Below, piece by piece: positions 18,102 through 28,811 of a DNA stretch of 64,000 nt. The position numbers and the translations under genes are program-made. Position 1 is the stretch's first letter. The number at the start of each line of letters is the position of its first letter. The stretch spans positions 1 to 64,000 of the forward strand of contig CAVRFW010000003.1 of the NCBI GenBank assembly GCA_963720565.1. Reading direction: 5' to 3'. The notes under the pieces were generated by a model, which worked only from the letters and a program-made list of their open reading frames with translations, did not search any database and was not told the DNA's origin. This DNA comes from Candidatus Bathyarchaeota archaeon (GTDB taxonomy: Archaea; Thermoproteota; Bathyarchaeia; Bathyarchaeales; Bathycorpusculaceae).

Positions 18102-20262
18102 ATGCCAAGGTTCAGACAAGTCTCCGAAATTCAAAAACTAATGAGCAACAAAAAGCTCATTCGAAACCTAGGCATAATTGCCCACATCGACCACGGAAAA
18201 ACCACACTAACCGACGCGTTATTAGCCGGCACGGGATTGTTATCCCCGAAGATGGTGGGCTCCGCCCGAGTCCTCGACTATCTCGAAGAGGAACAGAGAC
18301 GCGGCATAACAATGAAAGTCCGCCAACATATCCCTCCACTATCAAACCGCGGAGCAAGCCTTCATCATCAACCTGGTGGACACGCCAGGACACGTCGACT
18401 TCACAGGCAAAGTCACACGAGCCCTACGCAGCATAGACGGCGCCATAGTAGTCGTCGACGCCGTAGAAGAGGTAATGGCTCAAACAGAAATCGTGGTCCA
18501 GCAAGCCCTCCAAGAAAGAGTCCACCCGGTGCTCTTCATCAACAAGACAGACCGGCTAATCACCGAAATGAAACTAAACCAAACCCGAATCGAAGAAAAA
18601 CTCAACCGCATCATACAAAACTATAACGACCTAATAGAAATCCACGCAGAACCACAATTCAAGAAAGAATGGAAGGCAAATCCGAAAAAAGACAACGTCA
18701 TCATCGGCTCAGCCCTGCACAGATGGGGCTTCACCCTAACCACAGCGAAGGAAAAGGGCGTAAAATTCAACGACATCATAAACGCCTACAACAAGAACGA
18801 GCACGAGAAACTTGCGAAGGCGCTTCCGATTCACAAAGCAATACTGGACGCAGCCGTTAAGATTCTGCCAAACCCGCTGGAAGCCCAGAAGTACCGCATA
18901 GAAAAAATCTGGAAAGGAAACATCAACTCAAGAATCGGACAAGCCATGACTAACTGCGACGACAACGGTCCAGTGGTCATGTGCATAACAAACGTCCAAA
19001 CCGACCCCGAGGAAGGCACAATCGCAACCGGAAGACTCTTCTCAGGCAAACTAAAAACCGGAGACAAAGTCTTTCTCGTCAACGCCCAGGCAGAAGGCGT
19101 GGTCAAGCAGGTTTCAATCTACATGGGCTCCTTCAAAGAACCCGTAGACGCACATCGCAGCAGGCAACATAGCCGCTGTAACCGGAATTGAAAAGGCGAA
19201 ACCGGGCGAAACAATAGTCAGCTCTGAGTACCAGAGAGGAGCATGGTGCCGTTCGAGCGAATCAAGTACGTCTCAGAACCCGTACTAACCGTTGCGGTCG
19301 AACCCAAAAACCCCCAAGACCTCCCGTTCCTACTTGAAGCAATGGAAAAACTCGCCATAGAAGACCCAAACCTGACCACCATAGTAAACAGGGAAACAGG
19401 CGAATACCTCCTAAGCGGCATGGGCGAACTCCACCTCGAAACCGCAACAAACCACCTCAAGGATCTTCTAGAAAACACAAGAATCACAACCTCTCAACCC
19501 CGAGTCGTCTACAAAGAAACCATCACAAAAAAAGGAACAGTAGCCACCGCTAGAAGCCCAAACAAACAAAACAGGTTCACAGTACAAGCACAACCCGCCC
19601 AAGAAGACCTCGCCGAATCCCTCGAACAAGAATGCGCTGACACAAAAAACGTTGGCGAAACGCTTGCAGAGGACGAGGACAAAAACGCACTCGTGGACTG
19701 CACAGGAAAAACACAACAGTTGCGAGACGTTCTGGATTCAATAGTCTCAGGGTTCCGTTTCGCCTGCCAAGCAGGACCCCTCTGCGGCGAACCCGTAAGA
19801 GGAGTTAAGATCAACCTTACCGAGGCAGAACTCAGCAGCGACCTAGAGCAGCGCGGTCAATCGGAAATCGCCCGAGGCATAGGCAAGGCAATCTTCGGGT
19901 CCTTCTTAACCGCAAAACCCAGACTGCTTGAACCAATCTACCAAACCGTCATCTCCGCCCCAACCGAACTAGCAGGCGACTGCTCAAGAATAATCAGCAG
20001 CAGACGCGGCAAAGTCTGCGGCTTCGAACAGAAAGGCACCCAAGCCATAATCACCAGCCAGATTCCAGTCGCCGAAACCTTCGGCCTATCACAAGAAATG
20101 CGTTCAACAACTTCAGGCCGAGCCTTCTGGCAATCAACCCTTCACCACTGGGAAAAACTTCCCGAAAAACTCGAAGCAAAAATCATCACAGAAACACGAA
20201 AGAGAAAAGGACTCGAACCAAGCGTTCCAAAACCAGAACAGTTCACGGAGGAAAACACTTGA
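18102..20262 (+). CDS. translation elongation factor EF-2 paralog, frameshifts near 18318 and 19150
   Basis: [46 protein letters not shown]; diphthamide loop reads DLEQRGQSE. Confidence 0.9.
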
Positions 20263-21121
20263 AACTCAAATGCGCACCATTCAACCTAGACGTCACGCTG
20301 TGCTGCGGACAAGTCTTCAGATGGAACAAAAAACAAGACTGGTGGTACGGCGTAGCCAAAAACAAAATCCTCAAAGTTCGCCAAGCAGACCTGAACACAG
20401 AACTCGAATACGAAAACACCGACGAAACCTTCCTCAAAAACTATTTCGGGCTGGAGGATGACCTGCAAGAAATCAGCGCCAAAATAGGCAAAGACCCACA
20501 CATCCGAAAAGCCCTCCAACAATTCTATGGACTGCGCATCATAAGACAAGACCCGTGGGAATGCCTCATCTCCTACATATGCGCAACATACAAGAACATT
20601 CCCGCAATAAACCACATGCTCAACAACCTTTCAAGAAAATTCGGACAAAAAACAACCCTCGACGAAACCGAATTCTACACGTTCCCAACACCAAAACAAC
20701 TAGCCAACGCCACAAACCAAGACCTGATCGCGTGCGGCTTAGGCTACAGAGCCAAATACGTCAAGGAGACTTCGAAGCGAATTTTCGAAAACACTTTCGA
20801 ACTAAACAGCCTAAAACAGTTGCCATACGAACAAGCCAAAACAGCACTCTGCACGCTCCCAGGCGTCGGCCCCAAAGTAGCCGACTGCATCCTCCTATTC
20901 TCACTCGAAAAACTCGAAGCCTTCCCCATCGACCGATGGGTAGAACGCGTCATCCTAAACCACTACACACAACAACATCCCAACCGAACTCGCACAAAAA
21001 CTCGCCACAAACGCAAGCCTCAACGACTCTCAATACAAAAAACTCAACGCCTTCGGCCGACAATACTTCGGCCAATACGCAGGCTACGCCCAAGAATACC
21101 TCTACCACTACGAACGCCTAA
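20259..21121 (+). CDS. 8-oxoguanine DNA glycosylase (OGG1-like HhH-GPD), frameshift near 20980
   Basis: CGQVFRW, QDPWECLISYI, GLGYRAKY, LPGVGPKVADC, FPIDRW; alternate frame YAGYAQEYLY. Confidence 0.88.
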
Positions 21122-21218
21122 TCACCTAAACACCAAACACTAAGCGTTAAGCGATAGGCAAACAGAAAACGTTTAAATTCCGTCTAAAACAGCAATAATA
21201 AAGGGAAAAAGCAAACAC

Positions 21219-21296
21219 GGGCCCGTGGCTCAGCCCGGCTAGAGCGCCAGACTCATAATCTGTTGATCGCCGGTTCAAATCCGGCCGGGCCCACCA
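21219..21296 (+). tRNA. tRNA with CAT anticodon, probably tRNA-Ile2 (agmatidine type); intronless, CCA encoded
   Basis: GGGCCCG/CGGGCCC acceptor stem, CTCATAA loop, GGTTCAAATCC T-arm; acceptor is Ile-like rather than Met-like. Confidence 0.88.
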
Positions 21297-21320
21297 CTAA
21301 TTTTTCGCCTGCGAAGGAAA

Positions 21321-21887
21321 CTAATGGAAGCCCTTGATGATCTCGTCAACCGTCATTATTTTCGCGTTGTACGTGTTCTCAAGGTACTTTAAGCCTGCCT
21401 CGTGGTCTTCCTGCGTGAAAGCTTCAACACCGTCCTTGGCAACGATTATGTGGTATCCCCTAAAGAAAGCATCAGCAGCCGTGTGCCTAACACACATGTG
21501 AGTGTGCAAACCTCCCAGAATCACCGTTTTGACTCCTTCGCCCTTGTTCAGGCTCCTCAACAGTCGATCCAGCCCAGTCTCGTAGAACCCGCTGTAGGTT
21601 CTCTTCTCGACCTGATAGTCTTTTTCGCCAGGCTTAAGTTCAGGAATAACCTCGGCTCCAGGCGTGCCTTTTATGGCGTGGTTTCCCCACTTGTTAATGA
21701 CTTCAGCGTCCTGAGGATAATGCGCGTCGTTACTGTAGATAACCGGCACGTTGTGTTTGCGAGCAGCCAAAACCAGCCTCTTAAGGTTCGGAATTATGTA
21801 CAGGGTTCTCTCAACCTTCAGCTTTCCAGAAACAAAATCATTCAACATATCGACAAGTATTACAGCTTGATTTTCCAAAACAACCAT
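21321..21887 (-). CDS. isochorismatase-family cysteine hydrolase
   Basis: VDMLNDF, DAH, KRTYSGF, HTHMCVRHTAADA. Confidence 0.9.
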   Translation of the reverse strand: MVVLENQAVILVDMLNDFVSGKLKVERTLYIIPNLKRLVLAARKHNVPVIYSNDAHYPQDAEVINKWGNHAIKGTPGAEVIPELKPGEKDYQVEKRTYSGFYETGLDRLLRSLNKGEGVKTVILGGLHTHMCVRHTAADAFFRGYHIIVAKDGVEAFTQEDHEAGLKYLENTYNAKIMTVDEIIKGFH

Positions 21888-21933
21888 CCTTCAAGAAGAC
21901 AGTGAAGCAAACACGCTTTTTAATCTTATCCAG

Positions 21934-23031
21934 CTACTTCCCGCTCAGCGTGTAGGGGCCTTGGGTTAGTTTTTCCGCGCCAGCCTTGGTGACCAACACG
22001 GTGTCTTCTACGCGTACGCCTCCGTAACCGACAAGGTAGATTCCAGGCTCATTCGTCACCACATTGCCCGCAGTCAAAGTTTCCTTGCCGCTGCGGCTCA
22101 GAGTCGGCGGCTCATGAATCTCCAAACCCACTCCGTGACCTAAACCATGCACAAAAAACTCGCCGTAACCAGCATCCTCGACGATTCTTCGGCCAACAGC
22201 ATCAACCTCACAAGCCTTAACGCCCGGCTTAATCGCGTCAAACGCCTTCTCATACGATTCAAGCACTATTCGGTGAAGCTTCTTCTGCTTCTCAGAAGGC
22301 TTCCCAGCCACCAAAGTCCTCGTCACGTCAGAATTGTATAGCCTGTACTTGGCGCCCAAATCAACAATCACCAAATCACCCTCACGAATCTTCTTATCCG
22401 AGCAGCCCCCGTGAGGATACGCCGAGTTAGGACCCGAAGCCACGCTCGTATCGAAAGAGGTCCCGTCAGAACCATGTTTGCGCATGGCATACTCGATCTC
22501 CGCCGCAACCTCGCGTTCTGCAACGCCGGGCGCAACAGTCTCATATGCGACTTTGACTCCTAAACTTGCTAGTTCGCCGGCCTTGCGCATCAACTCAATT
22601 TCGCTCTTGTCTTTCACCATGCGCAGATCCCGAACGAAGCCGCTGCCGTACCCAAGCTTTTTTTCGTCACCAACAGATTTAGCCAGAGCCTGCCACCCCT
22701 CAACATTCAAAGCGTCAACAGCAAGATGCTTCGCTCCGAAAACCTTCGCCTGCTGCGCGATCCTATCCATCAAGTTCTCGCCACTCTTAACAAGCTCTAC
22801 CGTAAGCCCCGCACCCTGAGCCTTACACATTTCATAATTAGTCCCGTAAACAAAGAGCACACTTTCGCCATCCTCCGGAATCAACAGGGCACTGGCTCCC
22901 GAAAACCCAGTGAAGTAAGTCAAGTTGACCTCGTTAAAAACAACATACCCGTCAAACTTTGCTTCTTTGAACGCTTTCCGCCTCAACGCAGCAATTCTAT
23001 CCAAGACACTGAACCTCCCAGAAAAGTGCAC
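21934..23031 (-). CDS. Xaa-Pro aminopeptidase (M24)
   Basis: VDLGA, SDVTRT, HGLGHGVGLEIHE, NEPGIY, GVRVED. Confidence 0.93.
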   Translation of the reverse strand: MHFSGRFSVLDRIAALRRKAFKEAKFDGYVVFNEVNLTYFTGFSGASALLIPEDGESVLFVYGTNYEMCKAQGAGLTVELVKSGENLMDRIAQQAKVFGAKHLAVDALNVEGWQALAKSVGDEKKLGYGSGFVRDLRMVKDKSEIELMRKAGELASLGVKVAYETVAPGVAEREVAAEIEYAMRKHGSDGTSFDTSVASGPNSAYPHGGCSDKKIREGDLVIVDLGAKYRLYNSDVTRTLVAGKPSEKQKKLHRIVLESYEKAFDAIKPGVKACEVDAVGRRIVEDAGYGEFFVHGLGHGVGLEIHEPPTLSRSGKETLTAGNVVTNEPGIYLVGYGGVRVEDTVLVTKAGAEKLTQGPYTLSGK

Positions 23032-23058
23032 CGCTGAAGTGCTTAACTTTTTCGCTCA

Positions 23059-23349
23059 CTAGCCGCCAGTAACCACCGGCAACACAACCACGCGGTCCCC
23101 ATCCTTCAGCTCGGTCTCTACACCGTTAAGCTGATTTAGCAGCACTCCGTTCACAGACAAAATATGATTAGTCTTCATATCGTCGCCTTTAGGGTCATAC
23201 ACGTCCTTCCTGAAAGGCGCGCCATACTTCTCAGCCAAAACACACAACAAGTCACGCACAAGAGCGCCCTCTTCCAACGTAACACTTTCTTCCTGCCTAG
23301 CCCCTATCGCCTGCTTAATGTAGCCCAAATAGTCAACAGTCACTCTCAA
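23059..23349 (-). CDS. MoaD/ThiS/SAMP sulfur carrier
   Basis: Beta-grasp pattern, LKDGDRV, C-terminal TGG; divergent from AOR genes. Confidence 0.88.
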   Translation of the reverse strand: MRVTVDYLGYIKQAIGARQEESVTLEEGALVRDLLCVLAEKYGAPFRKDVYDPKGDDMKTNHILSVNGVLLNQLNGVETELKDGDRVVVLPVVTGG

Positions 23350-23593
23350 AACATGACACACTCCGGACCCAGTCAAACACGCAAAAATATACTCTGAAAG
23401 TTATATAATCATTTCTTTGCACAAATCCAGTTCATAAAGCCCTAAAAAACGACTAACAAGCGATTTGCACCGCAAATCATAACGGAATCAACAATATAAA
23501 CCAACATCATTTTCCAAACCCAAAAGCCACTAGATTAATATACCTTACAACTCGACTAATAAAATCAAACATACATGTGGAGAAGAACAAATA

Positions 23594-25441
23594 ATGTTTT
23601 CCTACGCAGGTAAAATTCTCCGTGTCAATCTCACAACAGGAAAAATCTCTACTGAACCTCTAAGCGAAAAAATGGCTAAGGATTACATTGGCGGCATAGG
23701 CTTAGGCATACGTTTACTTTTTGACAATTCAAAACCAGGCACAGACGCTCTTGACCCAGATAATCCCTTAATTTATTTAACTGGTCCACTCAGCGGCACG
23801 TTGGGACCAACAGGCGGTAACAGCTACGCCGTCGTGTCCAAATCTCCCGCCACCGGCGGTATCGGCAATGCTGAATCCCACGGCTTCTTTGGTCCCGACC
23901 TAAAACGTGCAGGATACGACGCGGTTATCATCACGGGCAAAGCGGACAAGCTGTCATACTTGTGGATCGACGATGACAAAGTAGAAATCAGGAATGCCGA
24001 GTTTCTCACACACGAAACAGTCTATAATACTGACGTGAAAATCAGGGAAGAACTCGGCGACTACTACATACGAGTTTCAGCAATCGGCGAGGCAGGAGAA
24101 AGACTCTGCCGTTTTGCAGCAATAATAAACGACGAATTCAGAGCCATTGGACGAACAGGCATGGGCGCGGTCATGGGTTCAAAAAACCTGAAAGCCGTGG
24201 CAGTTCGAGGAACAAATGACGTTAACGTCGCAGACTTTGACGGGTTCAAGGAATTCATAAAGATGATTTACGAACGCATGAAAGGACCCGCAACAAAGAA
24301 GTATAAGACGCTGGGAACTCCGGAAAACGTTTTGGTGCTGAACGCGCTCTCAGCTTTGGCTACGAGAAACTTTACAAATTCTCAATTTGAAGGTGCTCAA
24401 AAAGTCAGTGGCGAATACTTGAATGAGCATTACGTTAAAAAAATCGTTGGCTGCGCAACGTGCGGCATGCGCTGCGACCACATCGCTGTGGTTCCTGAAG
24501 GACCTTATCAAGGCTCAACTTCACGTTTGGAGTTTGAGTGCCTCTGGTCAATGGGACCGTTATGCGGAGTTGACCGTCTTGACGCTATAATAGAAGCCAT
24601 GCGGATTACCAATGAATATGGCATGGATGGCATATCCATCGGCGTTGTCGTCGCATTCGCGATGGATTGCTATGAACATGGAATAATAACGAAGGAGCAG
24701 ACCGACGGCATTGACCTCCGATTCGGCAACGCTGAAGCTTTAATCGCCATAATCCACAAGATTGGCAAACGTGAAGGATGGCTGGGCAACATTCTTGCAG
24801 AAGGCACTGCGAAAGCCGCTGAGCTAATCGGTGGAGACGCATACAAATACGCCTGCCACATCAAAGGCTTGGAATTGCCAGGTTATGATTTGCGTACTCT
24901 GAAGACAGCCGCGTTGGGCTTCAGTGTTTCGTTCCGTGGAGCTTGCCATCTCAGAAACGGCGCTTACGCGCCTGACGTTAAGGGCAAAGTGAACCGTTTC
25001 AAGATTGAACCGGGCAGGGGCAAAATGATTGTGAGCGATGGACACGTTTACAACGTTATTGACTCGCTGATTGTGTGCAAGTTTTCAAGAGGTACCTATT
25101 ATGATGGGCTGAAAGACCTAGCGAATTACTACACGTTAGCCACAGGAATTCCGATGACTGACAAGGAACTCGACAAAGCTGGGGAGAGGATTGAAAACCT
25201 CGCAAGGCTGTATAACATTCGAGAGGGCAAAGGCACAAGGGAGTATGATACCATACCGTGGAAGATAAAGAACTGTCCCGTCCCTGAAGATGGCCCAGCA
25301 AAAGGCGTCGTCGTCAGCGATGAAGAACTACAGTTGGGCTTGGATGAGTACTACGCAGCAAGAGGCTGGACCAGCAACGGCGTGCCCACGGTTGAGAAGC
25401 TCAAAGAGTTAGGGTTAGAAGAGTTTGCTAAGCATCGCTGA
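23594..25441 (+). CDS. aor: tungsten aldehyde:ferredoxin oxidoreductase (AOR family) 1
   Basis: YAGKILRVNL, KSPATG, GRTGMGAVMGSKNLKA, CATCGMRC, EFE, GACH, DSLIVC. Confidence 0.93.
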   Translation: MFSYAGKILRVNLTTGKISTEPLSEKMAKDYIGGIGLGIRLLFDNSKPGTDALDPDNPLIYLTGPLSGTLGPTGGNSYAVVSKSPATGGIGNAESHGFFGPDLKRAGYDAVIITGKADKLSYLWIDDDKVEIRNAEFLTHETVYNTDVKIREELGDYYIRVSAIGEAGERLCRFAAIINDEFRAIGRTGMGAVMGSKNLKAVAVRGTNDVNVADFDGFKEFIKMIYERMKGPATKKYKTLGTPENVLVLNALSALATRNFTNSQFEGAQKVSGEYLNEHYVKKIVGCATCGMRCDHIAVVPEGPYQGSTSRLEFECLWSMGPLCGVDRLDAIIEAMRITNEYGMDGISIGVVVAFAMDCYEHGIITKEQTDGIDLRFGNAEALIAIIHKIGKREGWLGNILAEGTAKAAELIGGDAYKYACHIKGLELPGYDLRTLKTAALGFSVSFRGACHLRNGAYAPDVKGKVNRFKIEPGRGKMIVSDGHVYNVIDSLIVCKFSRGTYYDGLKDLANYYTLATGIPMTDKELDKAGERIENLARLYNIREGKGTREYDTIPWKIKNCPVPEDGPAKGVVVSDEELQLGLDEYYAARGWTSNGVPTVEKLKELGLEEFAKHR

Positions 25442-25468
25442 GAAGGCGGACAAGGAGGCTGCGTAAGA

Positions 25469-25969
25469 ATGGTGCGACCACAAGACAGAAAATTCGTTAC
25501 AGCCGACCCGGAAAAATGCATAGGCTGCCTAGTCTGCGAATACGCCTGCGCAATGACCAACGAAAAAACCTTCAACCCCACAAAATCAAGAATCCGCGCC
25601 CTACGCCTAGGACCACTCAACAACCTAGCAGTCACATGCAGACACTGCGAAGACCCAGCATGCGTCGCCGCCTGCCCAAGAGACGCCCTCCACCAAGAAG
25701 AAGATGGAACAATAGTAGTCGACGAACAAGCCTGCAACGGATGCACATGGTGCATTAGCGCCTGTGAATTCGGAGCAATGATGATGCACCCCGAGAAGAG
25801 AGTAGTCTTCACTTGCAACAGCTGCAAAGACCAACCTGACGGTCCACAATGCGTCAAATGGTGCCCCGAAGAAGCACTAACCTTCGTCACAGCCCAACAG
25901 CTCGCACAGAAATCCAGAATATCAGCCGTCAGAAACCTGTTCCAAGAAGAAAAGAAAGCTGCAAAATAG
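25469..25969 (+). CDS. 4Fe-4S polyferredoxin (DmsB/HycB-like) subunit 1
   Basis: CIGCLVCEYAC, CRHCEDPACVAACP, CNGCTWCISAC, CNSC..CVKWCP. Confidence 0.92.
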   Translation: MVRPQDRKFVTADPEKCIGCLVCEYACAMTNEKTFNPTKSRIRALRLGPLNNLAVTCRHCEDPACVAACPRDALHQEEDGTIVVDEQACNGCTWCISACEFGAMMMHPEKRVVFTCNSCKDQPDGPQCVKWCPEEALTFVTAQQLAQKSRISAVRNLFQEEKKAAK

Positions 25970-26162
25970 CACAATCCCGACCTTCACTCTCTCTATCCCT
26001 TTCTCTTCACTCCGTTTTTACAAACGCGAAAAGCTACTTTTCACCCTAGAAAAGAGGTAAAGCCGACCAACAACTTGCATATAGAATGTCTTTGCCCGAA
26101 CCCATTAAGTTAATATAGTTTTCATCGGACTAATAATATTCCAAAAGCATGGAGGCAAAAGT

Positions 26163-28022
26163 TTGCAAGGTTACGCTGGTAGAGTTCTTCATGTTGACTT
26201 GAACACGGGAAAAACCCGTATTGAACTTCTAAACGAGGATTACGCCAAAAAGTACATCGGCGGCATCGGCTTAGGCATGCGCCTGTGGCTTGACAACACA
26301 AAACCAGGCGTTGACCCACTAAGCCCAGAAAACACGCTTGTTCTGGCGGTCGGTCCCGTGTCCGGAACGATGTTTCCAACAGGCGGAAACGGTCACGCGT
26401 TCATAGCAAAATCTCCAGAAACCCACGCCGTCGGCGAAGCCGTATCACACGGCACCTTCGGCGCGGAAGTGAAAAGAGCCTGGTACGACGCCATAATTCT
26501 TCACGGCAAATCAGAAAAACTCGTTTACCTCTGGATCGACGACGATTCAGTCCAGCTGCTTGACGCCTCGCACCTGGCAGGCAAGTCACCCTCCGAAACC
26601 GAAGAAGCCGTAAAGGAAGAACAAGGAGACTACTACGTCCGCGTAGCCTCAATCGGCTTAGCCGGAGAAAAACAATCCAAAATCGCCTGCATAATCAACG
26701 AGAAAACCAGAGCTGCCGGCAGAACAGGCTTAGGCGCCGTCATGGGCTCCAAAAACCTCAAAGCCATAGCCGTCCGAGGAACCCACGACGTAGTTCCGGC
26801 AAAACCAGACGAGTTCATGGACATGGTCAGAGAATACCATGAACGAATGAAAGGTCCAGCCACCCAAAAGTACAGGACACTGGGCACAGTCGAAAACCTC
26901 CTAATCAATAACTCGCTGCATTGCCTGCCAACACGCAACTACAGCAATGCACATTTTGAACACGCCGACAAAGTAAGCGGCGAAACCATAAACGAAAAAT
27001 ACGTAGCCAAAATCATAGGCTGCAACTCCTGCGCCATGAGATGCGAACACGAAGTCGTCATCCCCGAAGGACCCTACAAGGGCACAATGACCCGGCTGGA
27101 CTACGACGCACTATGGGCGCTGGGACCCTACTGCGGAATCAGCAAGCTCGACGCCATAATAAAAGGCATGTCCCTTTGCAACTACTACGGAATGGACGCG
27201 GCAAGCGCAGGCGTCACCGTCGCGTTCGCAATGGACTGCTACGAAAACGGCATCCTAACACAAAAAGACTTCGACGGAGCAGAAGCTCAATTCGGAAGCT
27301 CCGAAGCACTCATCCAAATTCTCACAAAAATGGGCAACCGCGAAGGAATAGGCGAAGTCCTCGCAGACGGCGTCAAAATAGCCGCCCAGAAGATAGGCAA
27401 AGGCGCCGACAAACTGGCCCAACACATCAAAGGCCTAGAAGTAACAGGATACGACCTGCGCTGCCTCAAAACCGCAGCCTTAGGATACGCCGTAAGCTTC
27501 CGCGGAGCAGACCACGACAGACACGGAACCTACACAATCGACATCAAAGGCAAAATAGACCGCCTGAAAGCAGAGAAAGGCAGAGGCAAACTCGTCAAAG
27601 ACATGGAAGACATCTACGCCCTCATAGACTCACTCATAGTCTGCAAAAACTCCAGAGGCACCTACTACAAAGAAACACAAGACCTGGCAAAACTCTACAA
27701 CCTAGTAACAGGAATCGACATGCCACCCGAAGAAATGAAGAAAGCAGCCGAAAGAATAAACACCCTCGCCAGACTCATCAACATCAGAGAAGGCCTAACC
27801 CGAAAAGACGACACCCTCCCATGGAAAGTCATGAACGTACCCATTCCAGACGACGGCCCAGCGAAAGGCGCCTTCGTAAGCCAAGAAGAACTCGACCTGC
27901 TCCTAGACGACTACTACAGTTCACGCGGATGGACAGCCGCCGGCGTACCGCCCACCGCCAAACTCAAAGAACTCGGCATGGACGACCTAACAAGCATCGT
28001 CGAAGCCAAACAGGAGGCCTAA
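26163..28022 (+). CDS. aor: tungsten aldehyde:ferredoxin oxidoreductase (AOR family) 2
   Basis: Paralog of AOR1; GRTGLGAVMGSKNLKA, CNSCAMRC, DYD, GADH, DSLIVC. Confidence 0.92.
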   Translation: MQGYAGRVLHVDLNTGKTRIELLNEDYAKKYIGGIGLGMRLWLDNTKPGVDPLSPENTLVLAVGPVSGTMFPTGGNGHAFIAKSPETHAVGEAVSHGTFGAEVKRAWYDAIILHGKSEKLVYLWIDDDSVQLLDASHLAGKSPSETEEAVKEEQGDYYVRVASIGLAGEKQSKIACIINEKTRAAGRTGLGAVMGSKNLKAIAVRGTHDVVPAKPDEFMDMVREYHERMKGPATQKYRTLGTVENLLINNSLHCLPTRNYSNAHFEHADKVSGETINEKYVAKIIGCNSCAMRCEHEVVIPEGPYKGTMTRLDYDALWALGPYCGISKLDAIIKGMSLCNYYGMDAASAGVTVAFAMDCYENGILTQKDFDGAEAQFGSSEALIQILTKMGNREGIGEVLADGVKIAAQKIGKGADKLAQHIKGLEVTGYDLRCLKTAALGYAVSFRGADHDRHGTYTIDIKGKIDRLKAEKGRGKLVKDMEDIYALIDSLIVCKNSRGTYYKETQDLAKLYNLVTGIDMPPEEMKKAAERINTLARLINIREGLTRKDDTLPWKVMNVPIPDDGPAKGAFVSQEELDLLLDDYYSSRGWTAAGVPPTAKLKELGMDDLTSIVEAKQEA

Positions 28023-28026
28023 GAAA

Positions 28027-28533
28027 ATGGTCAAGGTTCACGAAAGAAAATTCATCTCAGTCGACCCAGAAAAATGCGTAGGCTGCCAAATCTGCGAATA
28101 CGCCTGCTCATGGACAAAAGAAAAAGCCTTCAACCCAGTCAAATCAAGAATCCGAGTCGTACGCGTCAACCAACTAGCCAACATGTCCGTCACATGCAGA
28201 CTCTGCGAAGACCCGGCATGCGTCGCCGCCTGCCCAAGAGACGCCCTCACACAATCAGAAGAAAGAGGAACCATAATAGTCGACAAAGACAAATGCAACG
28301 GCTGCGGCTGGTGCATCGAAGCCTGCGACTACGGCGCCATGATGCTGCACCCAGAAGCCAAAATAGTCTACGTCTGCGACCTCTGCAAGGACAACCCCAA
28401 CGGACCCCAATGCGTCAAATGGTGCCCCGAAGAAGCACTAACACTCGTCACAAGCGACGTACTAGCACAAAAAGCAAGAATAGGCGCAGTCAAAAAACTC
28501 TTCCAAGAAGCAAGAGCAAAACAAATGAAATAA
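28027..28533 (+). CDS. 4Fe-4S polyferredoxin subunit 2
   Basis: Same four Cys clusters as subunit 1. Confidence 0.92.
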   Translation: MVKVHERKFISVDPEKCVGCQICEYACSWTKEKAFNPVKSRIRVVRVNQLANMSVTCRLCEDPACVAACPRDALTQSEERGTIIVDKDKCNGCGWCIEACDYGAMMLHPEAKIVYVCDLCKDNPNGPQCVKWCPEEALTLVTSDVLAQKARIGAVKKLFQEARAKQMK

Positions 28534-28694
28534 ACCCGCAAATCCGTTTCTCCCTCACCTTCACAATTTTCTAATCATAGACAACTAGGGCGTTAAGCGA
28601 AAGCTAGGGCACATGGAAAGTCCAAAAACCCCCGAGGAAACCACCGGATAACCCAACAATATTTTTATGTCAGTCCCAACCCTAGAGACAACTT

Positions 28695-28770
28695 GCTGGG
28701 GTGGCCGAATGGTTCAGGCGGCAGCCTGCAGAGCTGCTATATATGGGTTCAATTCCCATCCCCAGCTCCA
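28695..28770 (+). tRNA. tRNA-Cys(GCA), intronless, CCA encoded
   Basis: GCTGGGG/CCCCAGC acceptor, GCAGC-CTGCAGA-GCTGC anticodon arm, GGTTCAATTCC, U discriminator. Confidence 0.93.
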
Positions 28771-28811
28771 CAACAAACAGTTTTAAGAATTCGCACATTA
28801 CCTCATAGTTC

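Noticed and set aside
18300..19160. Programmed frameshifting in the EF-2 paralog
   Set aside because: No slippery heptamer at either site, and similar indels hit many unrelated genes
21219..21296. Calling the CAT tRNA a Met tRNA
   Set aside because: The GGGCCC acceptor fits Ile2; it lacks the initiator A1-U72 pair and GGG/CCC anticodon stem
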